A stretch of 63,969 nucleotides of DNA from Rhynchobatus australiae. Lineage: Eukaryota. The stretch covers positions 85,977,930 to 86,041,898 of the forward strand of contig JAUZTB010000135.1 in the NCBI GenBank assembly GCA_034780895.1, read 5' to 3'. Each line of letters opens with the position of its first letter. Within the stretch, counting starts at the first letter, position 1. Made by a program: the position numbers and the translations under genes. This document shows positions 38,626 to 50,930 of the stretch, piece after piece. The notes beneath the pieces are model-generated. The model did no database searches, was not told where the DNA came from, and worked only from the letters and a program-made list of their open reading frames with translations.

Positions 38626-39049
38626 TCTATAAGTATTGGAAGCTGTTTCTATTGTGTTGCATCTGTCTCCATGTGATATAAAACACATCCCCTTCCTTGT
38701 TTAAGAAGTATAAGACTTCAGCCTTAAACAACAATTTTGACCATGGAGCTTCCTAAAAGGCAAGGGAAGGAAGCAATGAGAATCAAAATGATAATTTCCT
38801 ACTTTTCACTGTATCTCAGCACATGTGACAATAATGAACCAATACCAATATCAAATATTACCCAGTCAAAGATTTACACAAGCTGCCATTAATCCTCTTC
38901 ATTGGAAGTAAAATGAAAAGCTCATGTCTCAAAATCTCGTTCCCTCTGCCAGTATATATCATTCACTTAAGGTGAAGGGGTCTTGGATGGTAATGACCTA
39001 TTTCATCCTTTACTTGATTTTCATTTTCATCATTATCACTGCTGGCTGT

Positions 39050-39850
39050 TAACAGTGGCTTGGTTGGTGGTCCGCTTGTTTCTCTGTGAGAACTTGTGTG
39101 TTCAAGTCTTACTTCAAAGACAAGAGCGTAAAGTTCTAGAATCATGCTTCTGAACAGAGACCAATTAGGCTGGGATTGTTTTCTTTGGAGCTTGAGGGGG
39201 ATTGGTATGAAGTTATGAGAGGCCGAGACAGAGGAAACAGGAAGAACATATTTCTCTTGGCAATAGGGTCTTAGATTTAAGTTAATTGATGGAAGGAGTG
39301 TTGAGGCATATGTTTTATACTCAGAGAGTGATGGGTGCCTGGATGGTACTTCCTGAAAGGAGGAAAACTTCAACATATTTAAAAGGTACAGGAATGACTA
39401 CTTGGAGAACTGTAACCTTTCAGGGTACAGACTGGGTACTGCAAAGTAACATAAATAGCTCCACTTTTGGCCAGTTTGAGACAAATGGTCTTTTTCTGTG
39501 CCATAAAGGTTGGTGATATGTTACTCCAGTGCAAAACTGAGGAAGAACTGCATTGCTAGCGGTCTTTTGGATAAAATGTTAAACCAAAGCCTCATCTAGC
39601 CCCTTAGGTGAACATAAAAGATCCAATGGCACTACTTTGAAAAAAAAACGCATTTTCTCATGCGCTATATGTATTCTTAACCCCAACTCATTGCAACATA
39701 CTGCTGAGCATTATCATATGCCTGTTTCTGCAGCCTTGTTAAATGCAAATTGAAGTGTTCCTAAATTTGAAAATTATTTAATGGGCTGTAAAGCCTTTTG
39801 GGATGTCCTGAGAATATAAAAGGCAACATATAACTGGAAACTTGAACTGG
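39050..39850 (+). mobile_element. Deu-type SINE split by a CR1 fragment (~39140-39515)
   Basis: Head at 39050-39140; the body resumes at ~39515 (CTCCAGTGCA..CTGAGG..GTTAAACC). Confidence 0.6.
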
Positions 39851-40758
39851 AATGTTGAAGGTTTTTTGTTACACTTTTTTTGTTAGGAAGTGCAGAACCC
39901 CATGTACACTCAAAAAAAAGCAGGTCGCTTGGCTTACAGCCTTTTAGTACAGGAGTGCTTCTTTCCCTAGTTACTGGCAGNNNNNNNNNNNNNNNNNNNN
40001 NNNNNNNNNNNNNNNNNNNNNNNNNNNNNNNNNNNNNNNNNNNNNNNNNNNNNNNNNNNNNNNNNNNNNNNNNNNNNNNNNNNNNNNNNNNNNNNNNNNN
40101 NNNNNNNNNNNNNNNNNNNNNNNNNNNNNNNNNNNNNNNNNNNNNNNNNNNNNNNNNNNNNNNNNNNNNNNNNNNNNNNNNNNNNNNNNNNNNNNNNNNN
40201 NNNNNNNNNNNNNNNNNNNNNNNNNNNNNNNNNNNNNNNNNNNNNNNNNNNNNNNNNNNNNNNNNNNNNNNNNNNNNNNNNNNNNNNNNNNNNNNNNNNN
40301 NNNNNNNNNNNNNNNNNNNNNNNNNNNNNNNNNNNNNNNNNNNNNNNNNNNNNNNNNNNNNNNNNNNNNNNNNNNNNNNNNNNNNNNNNNNNNNNNNNNN
40401 NNNNNNNNNNNNNNNNNNNNNNNNNNNNNNNNNNNNNNNNNNNNNNNNNNNNNNNNNNNNNNNNNNNNNNNNNNNNNNNNNNNNNNNNNNNNNNNNNNNN
40501 NNNNNNNNNNNNNNNNNNNNNNNNNNNNNNNNNNNNNNNNNNNNNNNNNNNNNNNNNNNNNNNNNNNNNNNNNNNNNNNNNNNNNNNNNNNNNNNNNNNN
40601 NNNNNNNNNNNNNNNNNNNNNNNNNNNNNNNNNNNNNNNNNNNNNNNNNNNNNNNNNNNNNNNNNNNNNNNNNNNNNNNNNNNNNNNNNNNNNNNNNNNN
40701 NNNNNNNNNNNNNNNNNNNNNNNNNNNNNNNNNNNNNNNNNNNNNNNNNNNNNNNNNN

Positions 40759-40930
40759 GGGTCCCTCATGTTGGATACCACCTTCTTGGGGCACTGCCTC
40801 TTGAAGATGGCCTCGATGGTGGGGAGGGTTGTGTCCACGATGCAACTGGCTGAGTCTACAACCCTCTGCAGCCTCTTTCAATCCTGCACATTGGAGCCAC
40901 CGTACCAGGCGGTGATGCAACCAGTCGGAA
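40759..40930 (-). mobile_element. Rex1/Babar ORF2 fragment
   Basis: CITAWYG..LQRVVDSA..TTLPTIE motifs. Confidence 0.8.
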
Positions 40931-41546
40931 AGCTCTTCTTGATGAAACGATCTGAGTCGTGCTTTCTTTGAGATTCATTTTCAGCTGTAAGAAGAGGCCA
41001 GAACGCCAGACATTAAATCAAATATTTGTAATCTTATGAAAAAAGTCCTTTGATTAAAACCTTTTGTGTATGGCTGTGCATGTTTAATGTATGAAAAATT
41101 AGCCAGACAGTTTACTGATTTGTGTTCATGTACGATAAACTTTTGAAGTTCTGTGTTAGCAGTGTTGCAGTGCCTCCTGGTGGAATCCAATTTTATAAAT
41201 TAATTCCCAAACAACTCTACTTGTTCAGCACTGTCATGGCCAAACACAGAATCTTTACTAAGAAACTGGATCACAGCAGCAAGTTGTTTTCGGTGTTATG
41301 TGATCCAAAATTGATTTTCCGTGGAATAACTGATTATTTTTGGATAAAATCGGGCCAGTTGAGATACTGTACCTTGCCCTTCTGGTAATGATCCACATTT
41401 GTCCCAGCAGCAGATGCACATCTAATGATGGCAATGATTGAAATACATTTATTTCCATCCCTACAGACCTCAACTTGAGCGCAAAGCTTCAGAAATTATC
41501 ATTGGACAGTCTCATGAGAATAAGAAGCACAATGCATTGTGTTCTT

Positions 41547-41875
41547 AGTGTAGCGGTTAGCATAATGCTTTACAGTGCCAGCGACCTGGGTTCAATTCCA
41601 GCCACTGTCTGTAAGGAGTTTGTACGTTCTCCCCATATCTGCGTGGGTTTCCTCTGGGTGCTCCGGTTTCCTCCCACNNNNNNNNNNNNNNNNNNNNNNN
41701 NNNNNNNNNNNNNNNNNNNNNNNNNNNNNNNNNNNNNNNNNNNNNNNNNNNNNNNNNNNNNNNNNNNNNNNNNNNNNCTATGTGGGAGGGAAGGGTTAGA
41801 TAGATCTTAGAGCAGGATAAAATGTCGGCACAACATTGTGGGCCGAAGGGCCTGGACTGTGCTGTGTTCTAATCT
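41547..41875 (+). mobile_element. V-domain SINE with CR1-type tail (gap inside)
   Basis: Same head as the young family; ends GGGCCGAAGGGCCTG..TGTTCTA. Confidence 0.75.
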
Positions 41876-42214
41876 TTAGATTATTCCTTGAGAAAAACTA
41901 AGGTATTATTTTGTCCACTGTGTATTTTGGGAGAACTAGTGTATGGCCTAAGTATACATTTATATATTGTAGTAAAGGCAATTAAAACCATGCTCTTCTT
42001 CGAGAATTGTGGTGCCTATTACTTTTTATAAACTTTCTTGTTCAAATCTGAAGTGTTAATGAAACCAACATGAATTAAGAATAATTAATGTGAGTCCTGT
42101 TTCAAGTTAAATTAGGAATGCAGGACATGGAATCAGAAATAGTTTGCTCTGGTAAAGTGCCTTTCATACCTTCTGAATGCCCCAAAGTGTTTTACAGCCA
42201 GTGAAGCTTTTTGA

Positions 42215-42790
42215 AATTCAAATTCAGATTAATTTATTGTTGTATACACCAGGGTTCAATGAAATTCCTTGCTTGCTTGAAGCTCACAGAGTAAACAGTG
42301 TACATGGTTATAATAAATGTAGCAACAAATACAGTGTCAAATGCTAAACAACAGAATGGTGCAAGGTATAGCAGTGCAAACTGAGGTAGTGCAAAGAGAC
42401 ATGATTAAAGTCACAGCAACAGAAGAGGTTGAATTAAAAGTCTGACAACGCGGCAGCACCACTGGGAAGGGGATGTGAAAGAGGTGACTGGTTCAGAAGT
42501 CTGATGGCAGTGGGGAAGAAGCTGTTCTTGAGTCTGGTTGTCTTCAAACTCCTGTATCTGCTCCCAGAGAGAAGATAGAAGAGAGAAGAGGGAACGGCCA
42601 GGGTGGCAGGCCTCCTTGCCGAGACTGTTGGTCTTCCTGAAGCAACGCACGGTGAAGATGGGCTGGGTGGAAGGAAGTGATGAGCCTGTGACGGACTGGG
42701 CAGTGTTTACCACCCTCTGCAGGTTCCGCCAGTCCAGAGCAGAGCGGTTGACATACCAGGTTGAAATACAACCCATCAGAATACTTTCTA
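42215..42790 (-). mobile_element. Rex1/Babar ORF2 C-terminus + 3' UTR
   Basis: STIESILMGCISTWY..LQRVVNTAQSVTGSSLPS..HPGRSLF. Confidence 0.85.
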
Positions 42791-43269
42791 TAGTACTTTC
42801 CCGAAATATTGACTGTCCATGGATGCTGCTTGACCCACTGAGTTCCTCCAGTGCCTTTTGTGTTGCTCCAGATTCCAGCATCTGCTGTCTCTCATGTCCC
42901 TACTTACTATAGTATATAGTATATTATGTATTCACTGTCAGAGTGTCAGAAAAGTGGCAGTCAATTTGCCCTCAATGTACTGCAGAATGAGAAAGACTAG
43001 ACAGACTGTTTCACTAAGGTTGCTGAGGACACTGGGCAGACCTGCCTTGCTCTTCTTGAGTTACTTTGTGTTCATCAGCGTGGACGCTTTAACCACTCAC
43101 TCAAAAGGTGCCTCCCCTCATGGTGTAGCCCTTCCTCAGTGCTGTGGTCAAGTTCCAGCTCAGGTATTACTCTAAGTGGATAAACTGCAGTTTCAGGAAG
43201 CAGCAGCTTCACAGAAGGCGTAATGGTCTGTTGGAAGATACATTAATAATCTGATCTGCTCTGACACTA

Positions 43270-43825
43270 ACTTTTATTGATGCACTATGGAAGGCATCCT
43301 ATCTGGATGCATCACAGCTTGGTGAGGCAACTGCTCTGCCCAGGACCACAAGAAACTGCAGAGAGTTGTGGACACAGCCCAGCGCGTCATGGAAACTAGC
43401 CTCCCCTCCTTGGACTCTTGGTGAAGCAGCCAGCATAATCAAAGACCCTACCCACCCGGGTCATTCTCTCTTCTCTCCCCTTCCACCAGGTAGAAGATAC
43501 AGGTGCCACGTACCACCAGAATTAAGGACAGCTTCTATCCCACTGTGATGACTATTGAATGGTTCCCTTATATGATGAAATGGACTCTGACCTCACGATC
43601 TACCTTGTTGTGACCTTGCACTTTATTATCCACCTGCACTGCACTTTCCCTGTAGCTGTGACACTTTATTCTGTACTGTTATTGTTTTTACCTGTACTAC
43701 CTCAATGCACTAACCCAATATAACTGCACTGTATAATGAATTGACCTGTACAATAGGGATGCAAGACAAGTTTTTCACTGTACCTCGGTACAAGTGACAA
43801 TATTAAACCAATACCAATACCAATC
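43270..43825 (+). mobile_element. Rex1/Babar 3' end
   Basis: AASIIKDPTHPGHSLFSPLPPGRRYR and (CCAATA)n tail; a shorter copy at 44195-44492. Confidence 0.85.
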
Positions 43826-43877
43826 TTGTGTTGACCCAGGAGAGCATCCACTGTTCACTGAGCTTTCTGTGGAGCTC

Positions 43878-44026
43878 CAACCGATCTGCTGGAGGAACTC
43901 AGTGGGTTAAGCAGCATCAGTGTGGGGGAGAGGAATCATTGGCATTTTGGGTCGAAACCCTGCATCAGGACCACCAGTGGATTGTTTGTCATTCCAGATT
44001 TCAGCATCTGCAGTCTCTTGAATCTC
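43878..44026. mobile_element. 149-bp inverted PLE-terminus insertion with 15-bp TSD
   Basis: CTTTCTGTGGAGCTC at both 43863-43877 and 44027-44041. Confidence 0.8.
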
Positions 44027-44654
44027 CTTTCTGTGGAGCTCAGTACCCTAGTGAAATCTGCCAGGCGTTTCTCAGCTGGCCTCCGCTGCTGGTGACCCAG
44101 GCAACTGGCGCTCTGTGACCACTGAATGGCAAGCAGTCCCTGGTTCAGTGAAACCCCAGAAGGGACAATGTCTCTAGCTCAGCCCCGGACAAACAGGTAC
44201 CACCAGCTCAAGGACAGCTTCTATCCCACTGCTATAGGACTATTGAACAGACCTGTTATACAATAAAGATGAACCCTTGATCTCTCTATCTACCTCGTCA
44301 TGGCCCTTACACCTTACTTGTCTGCTTGTATTGCGCTTTCTCTGTAACTGTAACACTATATTCTGCATTCTGTTTTCCTTTTGTACTACCTTGATGTACT
44401 GACGTATGGAATGATCTATCTAGATGGCACGTAGACAAAAGCTTTTTGGTGTATCTCAGTACATGTGACAATAATAATCCAATTACCAATTGCCAAGAAA
44501 AATACTGATTAAACACACCAAATGTATAATGTCTTCTAAAAATTAAATGGACACCCCTAATGACAATGGTACACACAACATAGGTTCAATGCCTGGATTA
44601 TACTGAATTAGTTGACCTAAGAATAGTGTGGGGCAGGCATGATAGTGTGGGGCA

Positions 44655-44955
44655 GGAATGGTATTGTAGTGGTTAGCATAACGCTATTACAGCGCCAGTG
44701 ACCCAGGTTCAATTCCGGCCGCTGTCTGTAAGGAGTTTGTACGTTCTCCCCATATCTGCGTGGGTTTCCTCTGGGTGCTCCGGTTTCCTCCCACATTCCA
44801 AAGACGTACAGGTTAGGAATTTGTGGGCGTGCTATGTTGGCGCCAGAAGCGTGGTGACACTTGCAGGCTGCCTGCAGAACTCTCTACGCAAAAAGATGCA
44901 TTTCACTGTGTGTTTCGATGGACACATGACCAATAAAAGATGTCTTATGTATTAT
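44655..44955 (+). mobile_element. V-domain SINE
   Basis: Full-length family copy. Confidence 0.9.
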
Positions 44956-45049
44956 TTAGTCACAGTTGAGAACAGTCTATAGGCCCCCAAAATATCACCT
45001 CTTGATAGGGGCCTGGAGCCTAAATGAGGAAATATTTAGGCACATTTGA

Positions 45050-46600
45050 AGGGGATTGCAATTGTCATAGGAGATTTTAATACTGACTGGACAAACCAAA
45101 CCGATAAGGGTATTGTAGAAGAAAAAATTGTGGAGTGTGTCAGAGATCTTGTGGTCAAAGTTCCCCCCAGGAGATAGTAACCACAATATGATACAATTCC
45201 AGATGCAGTTTGAGGGTGAATGCAACAGGACCAAAACCACTGTTTTCAACTTAAATAAGGCTAATTCTTATGGTATGAAGGTGAAGTTGTCTAAGGTGAA
45301 ATGGGAAAATAAGCTAAGCAAGATCAGAAGATGAACAGCGGCAGATATTCAAACAGCTGGTCCATAGCACTCAGCAGGAATTTATTCCAATTAGAAAGGG
45401 GGATTCGATGAGAGAGGGGCACCGACTGCGGTTAACAAAGGAAATCAAGGAGAATATTAAATTGAAGAGTATGGCACACAAAGAGGCAAGGGTTGGTGGT
45501 CGGCTAGAGAACCAGGAAGGTTTTAGGATCCTGCAGTGAAAGACCAAAAAGCTCATTTAGAGGGCAGAAAATTGATTTTGAGAGAAAATGTGCATGCAAT
45601 ATCACACACACAGGTGCTCTATACCCCTGTCTCGACCCCTGACTTGGCCAGGACTGTTAAGACTTAAATCTACTAAAAGCACTCAGAGTAGTATTGCAGC
45701 ATTCAAAATTAAAAAAAGCATTACATTAAAAATCTAATACACTTATAAAACATTTCCAGACATTTAGCATCTTTCAGCACTTAAGGAAAACTAATTTAAT
45801 GTTAATAGAGATTAAAAAACATCTTGGAAAGATTTAAAAGGACAATTTTAACTAATAACTGAAGGTCTTTGAAACTTAGCAGACTGTCACCAAGGCTTCC
45901 AAAGCCATGGGCTTCTAGTAAAGCGAATAGCAGGATAGTACTTGTGCTTGCTCAGGACCAGCACAATATTCTCTGCAACGTTTGTACTGTAAATGCTGGG
46001 CAACCAACTCAGGTTCTCACACCCTGGCTGAACTCTCTGACGAGTCTGGTATCAGAGGGAACCANNNNNNNNNNNNNNNNNNNNNNNNNNNNNNNNNNNN
46101 NNNNNNNNNNNNNNNNNNNNNNNNNNNNNNNNNNNNNNNNNNNNNNNNNNNNNNNNNNNNNNNNNNNNNNNNNNNNNNATCTGAAGCACCAGCCTCAGAT
46201 GTGAGGAAAGATGTGAGCCTTCATTCTTGGGAGTTCAGAAGAATGAGAAATGACCTCATTGAAACACAGAAGATTGTGAAGGGGTTTGGCATGGTGACTT
46301 CCAAGAGAATGTTTCCCTTGGCTAGAGAGTCTGGAACTCGGATGACATTTAGGGCTGAGATCAGGAGGAATTTCTTCACTCGAAGGGCTGTGAATCTTCG
46401 GAATTCTCACTCTCAGAGAGCTATGGATGCCCAGACATTGAGTATTTTCTTGCTCCTGAGTGATGGATATTGGACTTTACAGGCACCAAGAGATATGCAG
46501 ATCCGTGTGGAAGATAATGTTGAGATGGAAGATTGGTCATGATCTTATCAAATGGTAGAGAACATTCAAGGATTCCTGTGGTCTCTTACTCCCATTTATA
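45050..46600 (+). mobile_element. CR1 fragments (~45050-45600 endonuclease-linker, ~46215-46600 3' end)
   Basis: GDFN..W, GDSNHNMIQF, EFRRMRNDLIET and FRAEIRRNFFTRR motifs. Confidence 0.7.
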
Positions 46601-46929
46601 CTTCGGTGTTGCTAGGCTTTTTTTGTCTTCACAGTTCCTGGATGCATTCCCATCCAAATTCAATCCACTTAGAGCATAACTTAATCTGTAAAATAAATTT
46701 GATTATTTCTGTCTCTCATTGAAGTGTGATCAATGCTAATGTACACATAATCTCAATGACCAAAACAGTTCTATCAGTGGCACTAAATATCACCATGTAA
46801 TTAAGCTTCCATGCAACAATATTCTTCCAAACCATCTCAAAAGATATCTGCCAGATGAAGCTGCAGTTTATATCTATACAGGACAAGAGACTGACATTCG
46901 GGTAAAAGACCTTATTGCTAATGAAAAGG

Positions 46930-47279
46930 AGACCAGATGAAGGGTCTCGATCCGAAACATCAACTGTCCATTCCCCTCCACAAATACTCCCTGTCCACCA
47001 AACTCCTCCAACAGTTCATTTTTGCCAAAAAAAAGGACTGCAGATGCTCGAATCCTGAAGAAAAACACGATGACGTTGGAGGAACTCAGCAGGCCAGGCA
47101 ACATCTGGGGAGAAAAGCAGACGGTCAATGTTTCAGGTCAAGACCTTAAGATAGGAAAAGAGGAAGCCCAATATATAGGAGGGAAAAGCAGAGCAGTGAT
47201 GAGTGGACAAAAGAGGGGAGGCGGGGTGGGCACAAGGTGGTGATAGGTAGATGCAGGTAAGAGATAGTGATAGGCAGGT
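46930..47279. mobile_element. Two oppositely oriented PLE terminal copies
   Basis: 46930-47020 (+) with a decayed hammerhead core; 47030-47279 (-) highly similar to 47800-48065. Confidence 0.75.
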
Positions 47280-47799
47280 NNNNNNNNNNNNNNNNNNNNN
47301 NNNNNNNNNNNNNNNNNNNNNNNNNNNNNNNNNNNNNNNNNNNNNNNNNNNNNNNNNNNNNNNNNNNNNNNNNNNNNNNATTTAAGCAGAGGGAAATAGG
47401 GAAGTGAGAGCCTTAGGCAGGGAATTCCAAACTAAGAAATCTGTCAATGGTACAAAAGAGTGGGTAAATGAAAGTTATAGAGAATAAAATACTGAAAAAT
47501 TTAAAGACAGACGTGGGAGTAAAATCAAAGATGCCATACATAATATGGTTCAGATCTTCCAGTTAAAAGACCACAGTTCCACTCACAACTACCAGCTTTA
47601 ATTTACCAAACGCGTGGAAGCCCCAGCTATCTCCAATCCGATGTTAAAACTTCTACAAACTTCCCACCACTTTCATGGGAAACATGCCCACTGAGTGGGT
47701 TCATTCATTTTAATAGGAAGAAATAACAGCAAAGACAGGTAATTTCCTTTCTTTTTGATGAGTTGATTTACTGTTTGAATTATTTCAGAATTTAAACTA

Positions 47800-49070
47800 G
47801 AGAAAAAGGACTGCAGATGCTGGAATCTAGATGAAAAACACAATGATGCTGGAGGAACTCAGCAGGCCAGACAGCAACCGTGGAGAAAAGCAGGCGGTCA
47901 ACGTTTCGGGTCAGGACTCTTCTTCAAGACTGAAGAAAGGAAAAGGGGAAGCCCAATATATAGCAGGAAAGAGCAGAGTAGTGATAGGTAAACAAAAGAG
48001 GGGAGGCAGGCAGGCACAAGGTGGTGATAGGTAGATGCAGGTAAGAGATAGTGATAGGCAGGTGCAAGGGAGGAGGGAAAAGCAGATCTGCCAGGGGATG
48101 GGTCAAAGGCAAGAAGAGAGAGGAAAAAGGTAGGAAAAAAAGAGACTAGAAAAGGGAAGAGAAGCATAGTGGGGTTGGAGGGGGGGATGTTGTGGGGAAG
48201 TGGGGTGGGGATTACCTACAGTGGGAGAATTCAATGTTCATGCCATTAGGCTGCAAGGTTCTGAGATGGAAGATGAGGTGCTGTTCCTCCAGTCTGTGCT
48301 TGGAATTCTCCCGGCAGAGTGGGGGAGGCCGAGGACTGACACGTCAGTGAGAGGGGGGGAGGGGGAGTTGAAGTGACGGGCAACGGGGAGATGCAGGTTG
48401 CGGTTACGGACGGAGCGCAGGTGTTCTGCAAAACGGTCATCTAGTCTGCGTTTGGTCTCACCAATGTAGAGGCGGCCACACTTGGAGCATGGAATTCAGT
48501 AGATGATATTAGGGGAGGTGCAGGTGAATCTCTGTCTCACCTGAAAGGACTGATTTGGTCCCTGGATGGAGGTGATGGAGGTGGTGTAGGGGCAGGTGTT
48601 GTAACTATGGTGGGGGCAGAGGAAAGTTCCCGGGGTGGGAGTGGGATGGGTGGGGAGGAAGGAGTGAACGAGAGAGTTGCAGAGGGAATGGTCCCTGCGA
48701 AAGGCAGAAAGGGGTGGGGAGGGGAAGATATGCTTGGTGGTGGGGTCCCATTGGAGATGGCAGAAGTGGCAGGGAATGATGTATTGGATACGTAGGCTGG
48801 TGGGACGAAATGTGAGGACAAGGGGGACCCTGTCCCTGTTGGGTCTGCGAGGGGTGGGGGTGAGAGCAGAGGTGCGGGAAATGGAAGAGATATGGGTGCA
48901 AGCTCTCCCGGCCACAGTCAGAGTCAAGCCACGGTTAAAAAAGAAGTTGGGCACCTTGGATGTCCTGGAGTGGAAAGCCTCGTCATGGGAGTAGATGGGG
49001 CGGAGGTGGAGAAATTGAGAAAAAGGGATAGGTTCCTTGTAAGGGACACTAGATGGAGAGGGTACAGATC
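47800..49070 (-). mobile_element. Penelope-like retroelement 3' part (RT thumb, GIY-YIG endonuclease region, terminal repeat)
   Basis: ORF 48496-49155: IPFSQFL.LR..RVPLVLTF..AFRRDHSL..LVH..TCPY..FTCTSPNIIY, followed after a stop by YIGETKRRLDDRFAEHLRSV. Confidence 0.9.
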
Positions 49071-49919
49071 TTTTACAGTTTGACAGGCTTTCCAGGAACA
49101 CAATCATATACAGCTTCAGAAATGTCCACTTCGTTTCTGCTTGTAATGTAATCAAGCAGGTAAATCTCTGTTATTCAAGAAGCAGCCAAAATATTTTTTA
49201 TTGCACAGCTTTCAACAGAGGATCTTCATTGTCTGAGGATCCAAAGTCAACCATTGTGGAAATGCAGTCCCAGCCCATTGACAGATTAAATTTAAAACAT
49301 GCAAGTGCAGAAGAATGTGTATGTGGCATTGGGGCGCTGGTGGTGGGGAAAAGAATTGGGGGGAATGCAGGAATGGGAGCAGAGTGAAGCCCATTGTTCA
49401 CATCTGATTTTACAGGACATTGATCAGGAGTGGAGCACACAATTTTTTTTAATTTCCCTAGTTTGGGTCATTCTCTGACAGCCACACTGGTTGGGATGAG
49501 TTAAATTACCAGAGATTGGGGATAAGATCTGGGATTTTCCTAATTCATATTGCTCAGCTGCATAGGCGTTCTTCCTTTTACGGACTCAGCCATTTGTGTC
49601 CAAACATATTAGTTTTCTGAGTCATGGATCCTGTGGAAACTTATTCAATAATCGGCACTGCCTATGTGCTGTGGAGAAATCTTGGCTGGAACGCACTGCA
49701 GAACAAATTGCAAACAAATTGTGTCCACCAGGCAGAAGAAGTTCTCTGTAACCAGCCAGTAAATGTTAGTAGTGATTGGGAAATTATTACTTTTAATGGA
49801 GTGCAGTTACTATTCAACAGTTAAATGCATTCCACAAGGTTGGGCTTGGAAGGTTGGGACCGTGCACCATGGCCAGAATGAAGTGAACTGGAGTCCTGAA
49901 TCTAGAGGGAGGGAGGGAA

Positions 49920-50930
49920 GTGTGTGTATTGGTGGGGTGGTGACTGGGGAAATGGGGAGGGGATTTCTGGAGGGGATTGCAGTAGCTAGGGAGAGCGTTA
50001 GTGGGTGGGATTGGGGACCAGGGGCAAGTTGAGGTGCAGAATGGACACCTTGCATAAATCATTACAAAAGCAGAGGGTGAAGTCAAGAGACTGAACTTTG
50101 CAGGGAAATGCCAACAATTCTGAACCAAACTCCCAGTCTTTCTCAACATAAATACCTATACGTTTCTAAACCCCACAAATATGGGCCATTGAAAGTGTGA
50201 AGAGCAACATGGAAAGGCAATATAATCGAAATGGAACTATTTTGAAATGGATGCAAGAGCAGAGGGACAGGGAGAGGGTGATTATTCACAAAATTAGAAG
50301 GTGGCAAGCCAAGTTGATTTTGCAGTAATGCTTGGCTTTGTAAGTGTGTGTGTGTGTGTGTGTGTGTGTCTGTGTCTGTGTCTGTGTGTTTGTGATGGTG
50401 GTGGTAGTGGTGGGTGGTGGAAACTATAAAGGAAATGATCGAGTCATTTACAAAACTTTCTTAGGACTCTGATAGAGCACATGATACAGTTCTGGGAACT
50501 GCACTTTCGGAAAATGTTACAGTCTTGAGAAGAGATTTATCAAGACTGTACTGGGAATGAGGCATTTCAAGTATTTGTATAGATCTGAAAAACTGTGTTT
50601 CCATTGGAACAGAAAAGTTTTAGGGGAGAACTGATGGAGGTAATCAAAATTATGAGAAGCTTTAATATATACTGTCAGGAGAAATAGTTTCTGCTGGCAA
50701 ATGGATTAATGAATGGAGTTCATATGAAATAAGTGCAAAAAGAATGAAAGAATAATGAGAGTTGTTAAGACGTAGGACCTGCTATGTGAAAGGTTGGTGG
50801 AAATGGATCCAATAAGAACATTCAAAATGTAATTGGGCATGTATATGAAGAGAACTAATTTGCAGCATAATAAGGAAAATGATGGGGTGCGGGACGGGAA
50901 TGCACAGCTCTTTCATAGTTGGCTGAAAGG
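49920..50930 (+). mobile_element. Highly decayed CR1 with (TG)n at ~50343-50392
   Basis: Residual CR1 motifs and a microsatellite. Confidence 0.55.

Noticed and set aside
39013-39085. Minus-strand stalk-like exon ETSGPPTKPLLTASSDNDENENQ, in phase with the TM candidate
   Set aside because: Its 5' half is the antisense of a Deu-type SINE head
39774-40971. Longest listed ORFs (>300 aa)
   Set aside because: Artefacts of N-runs; the real parts are Rex1 LINE or non-coding
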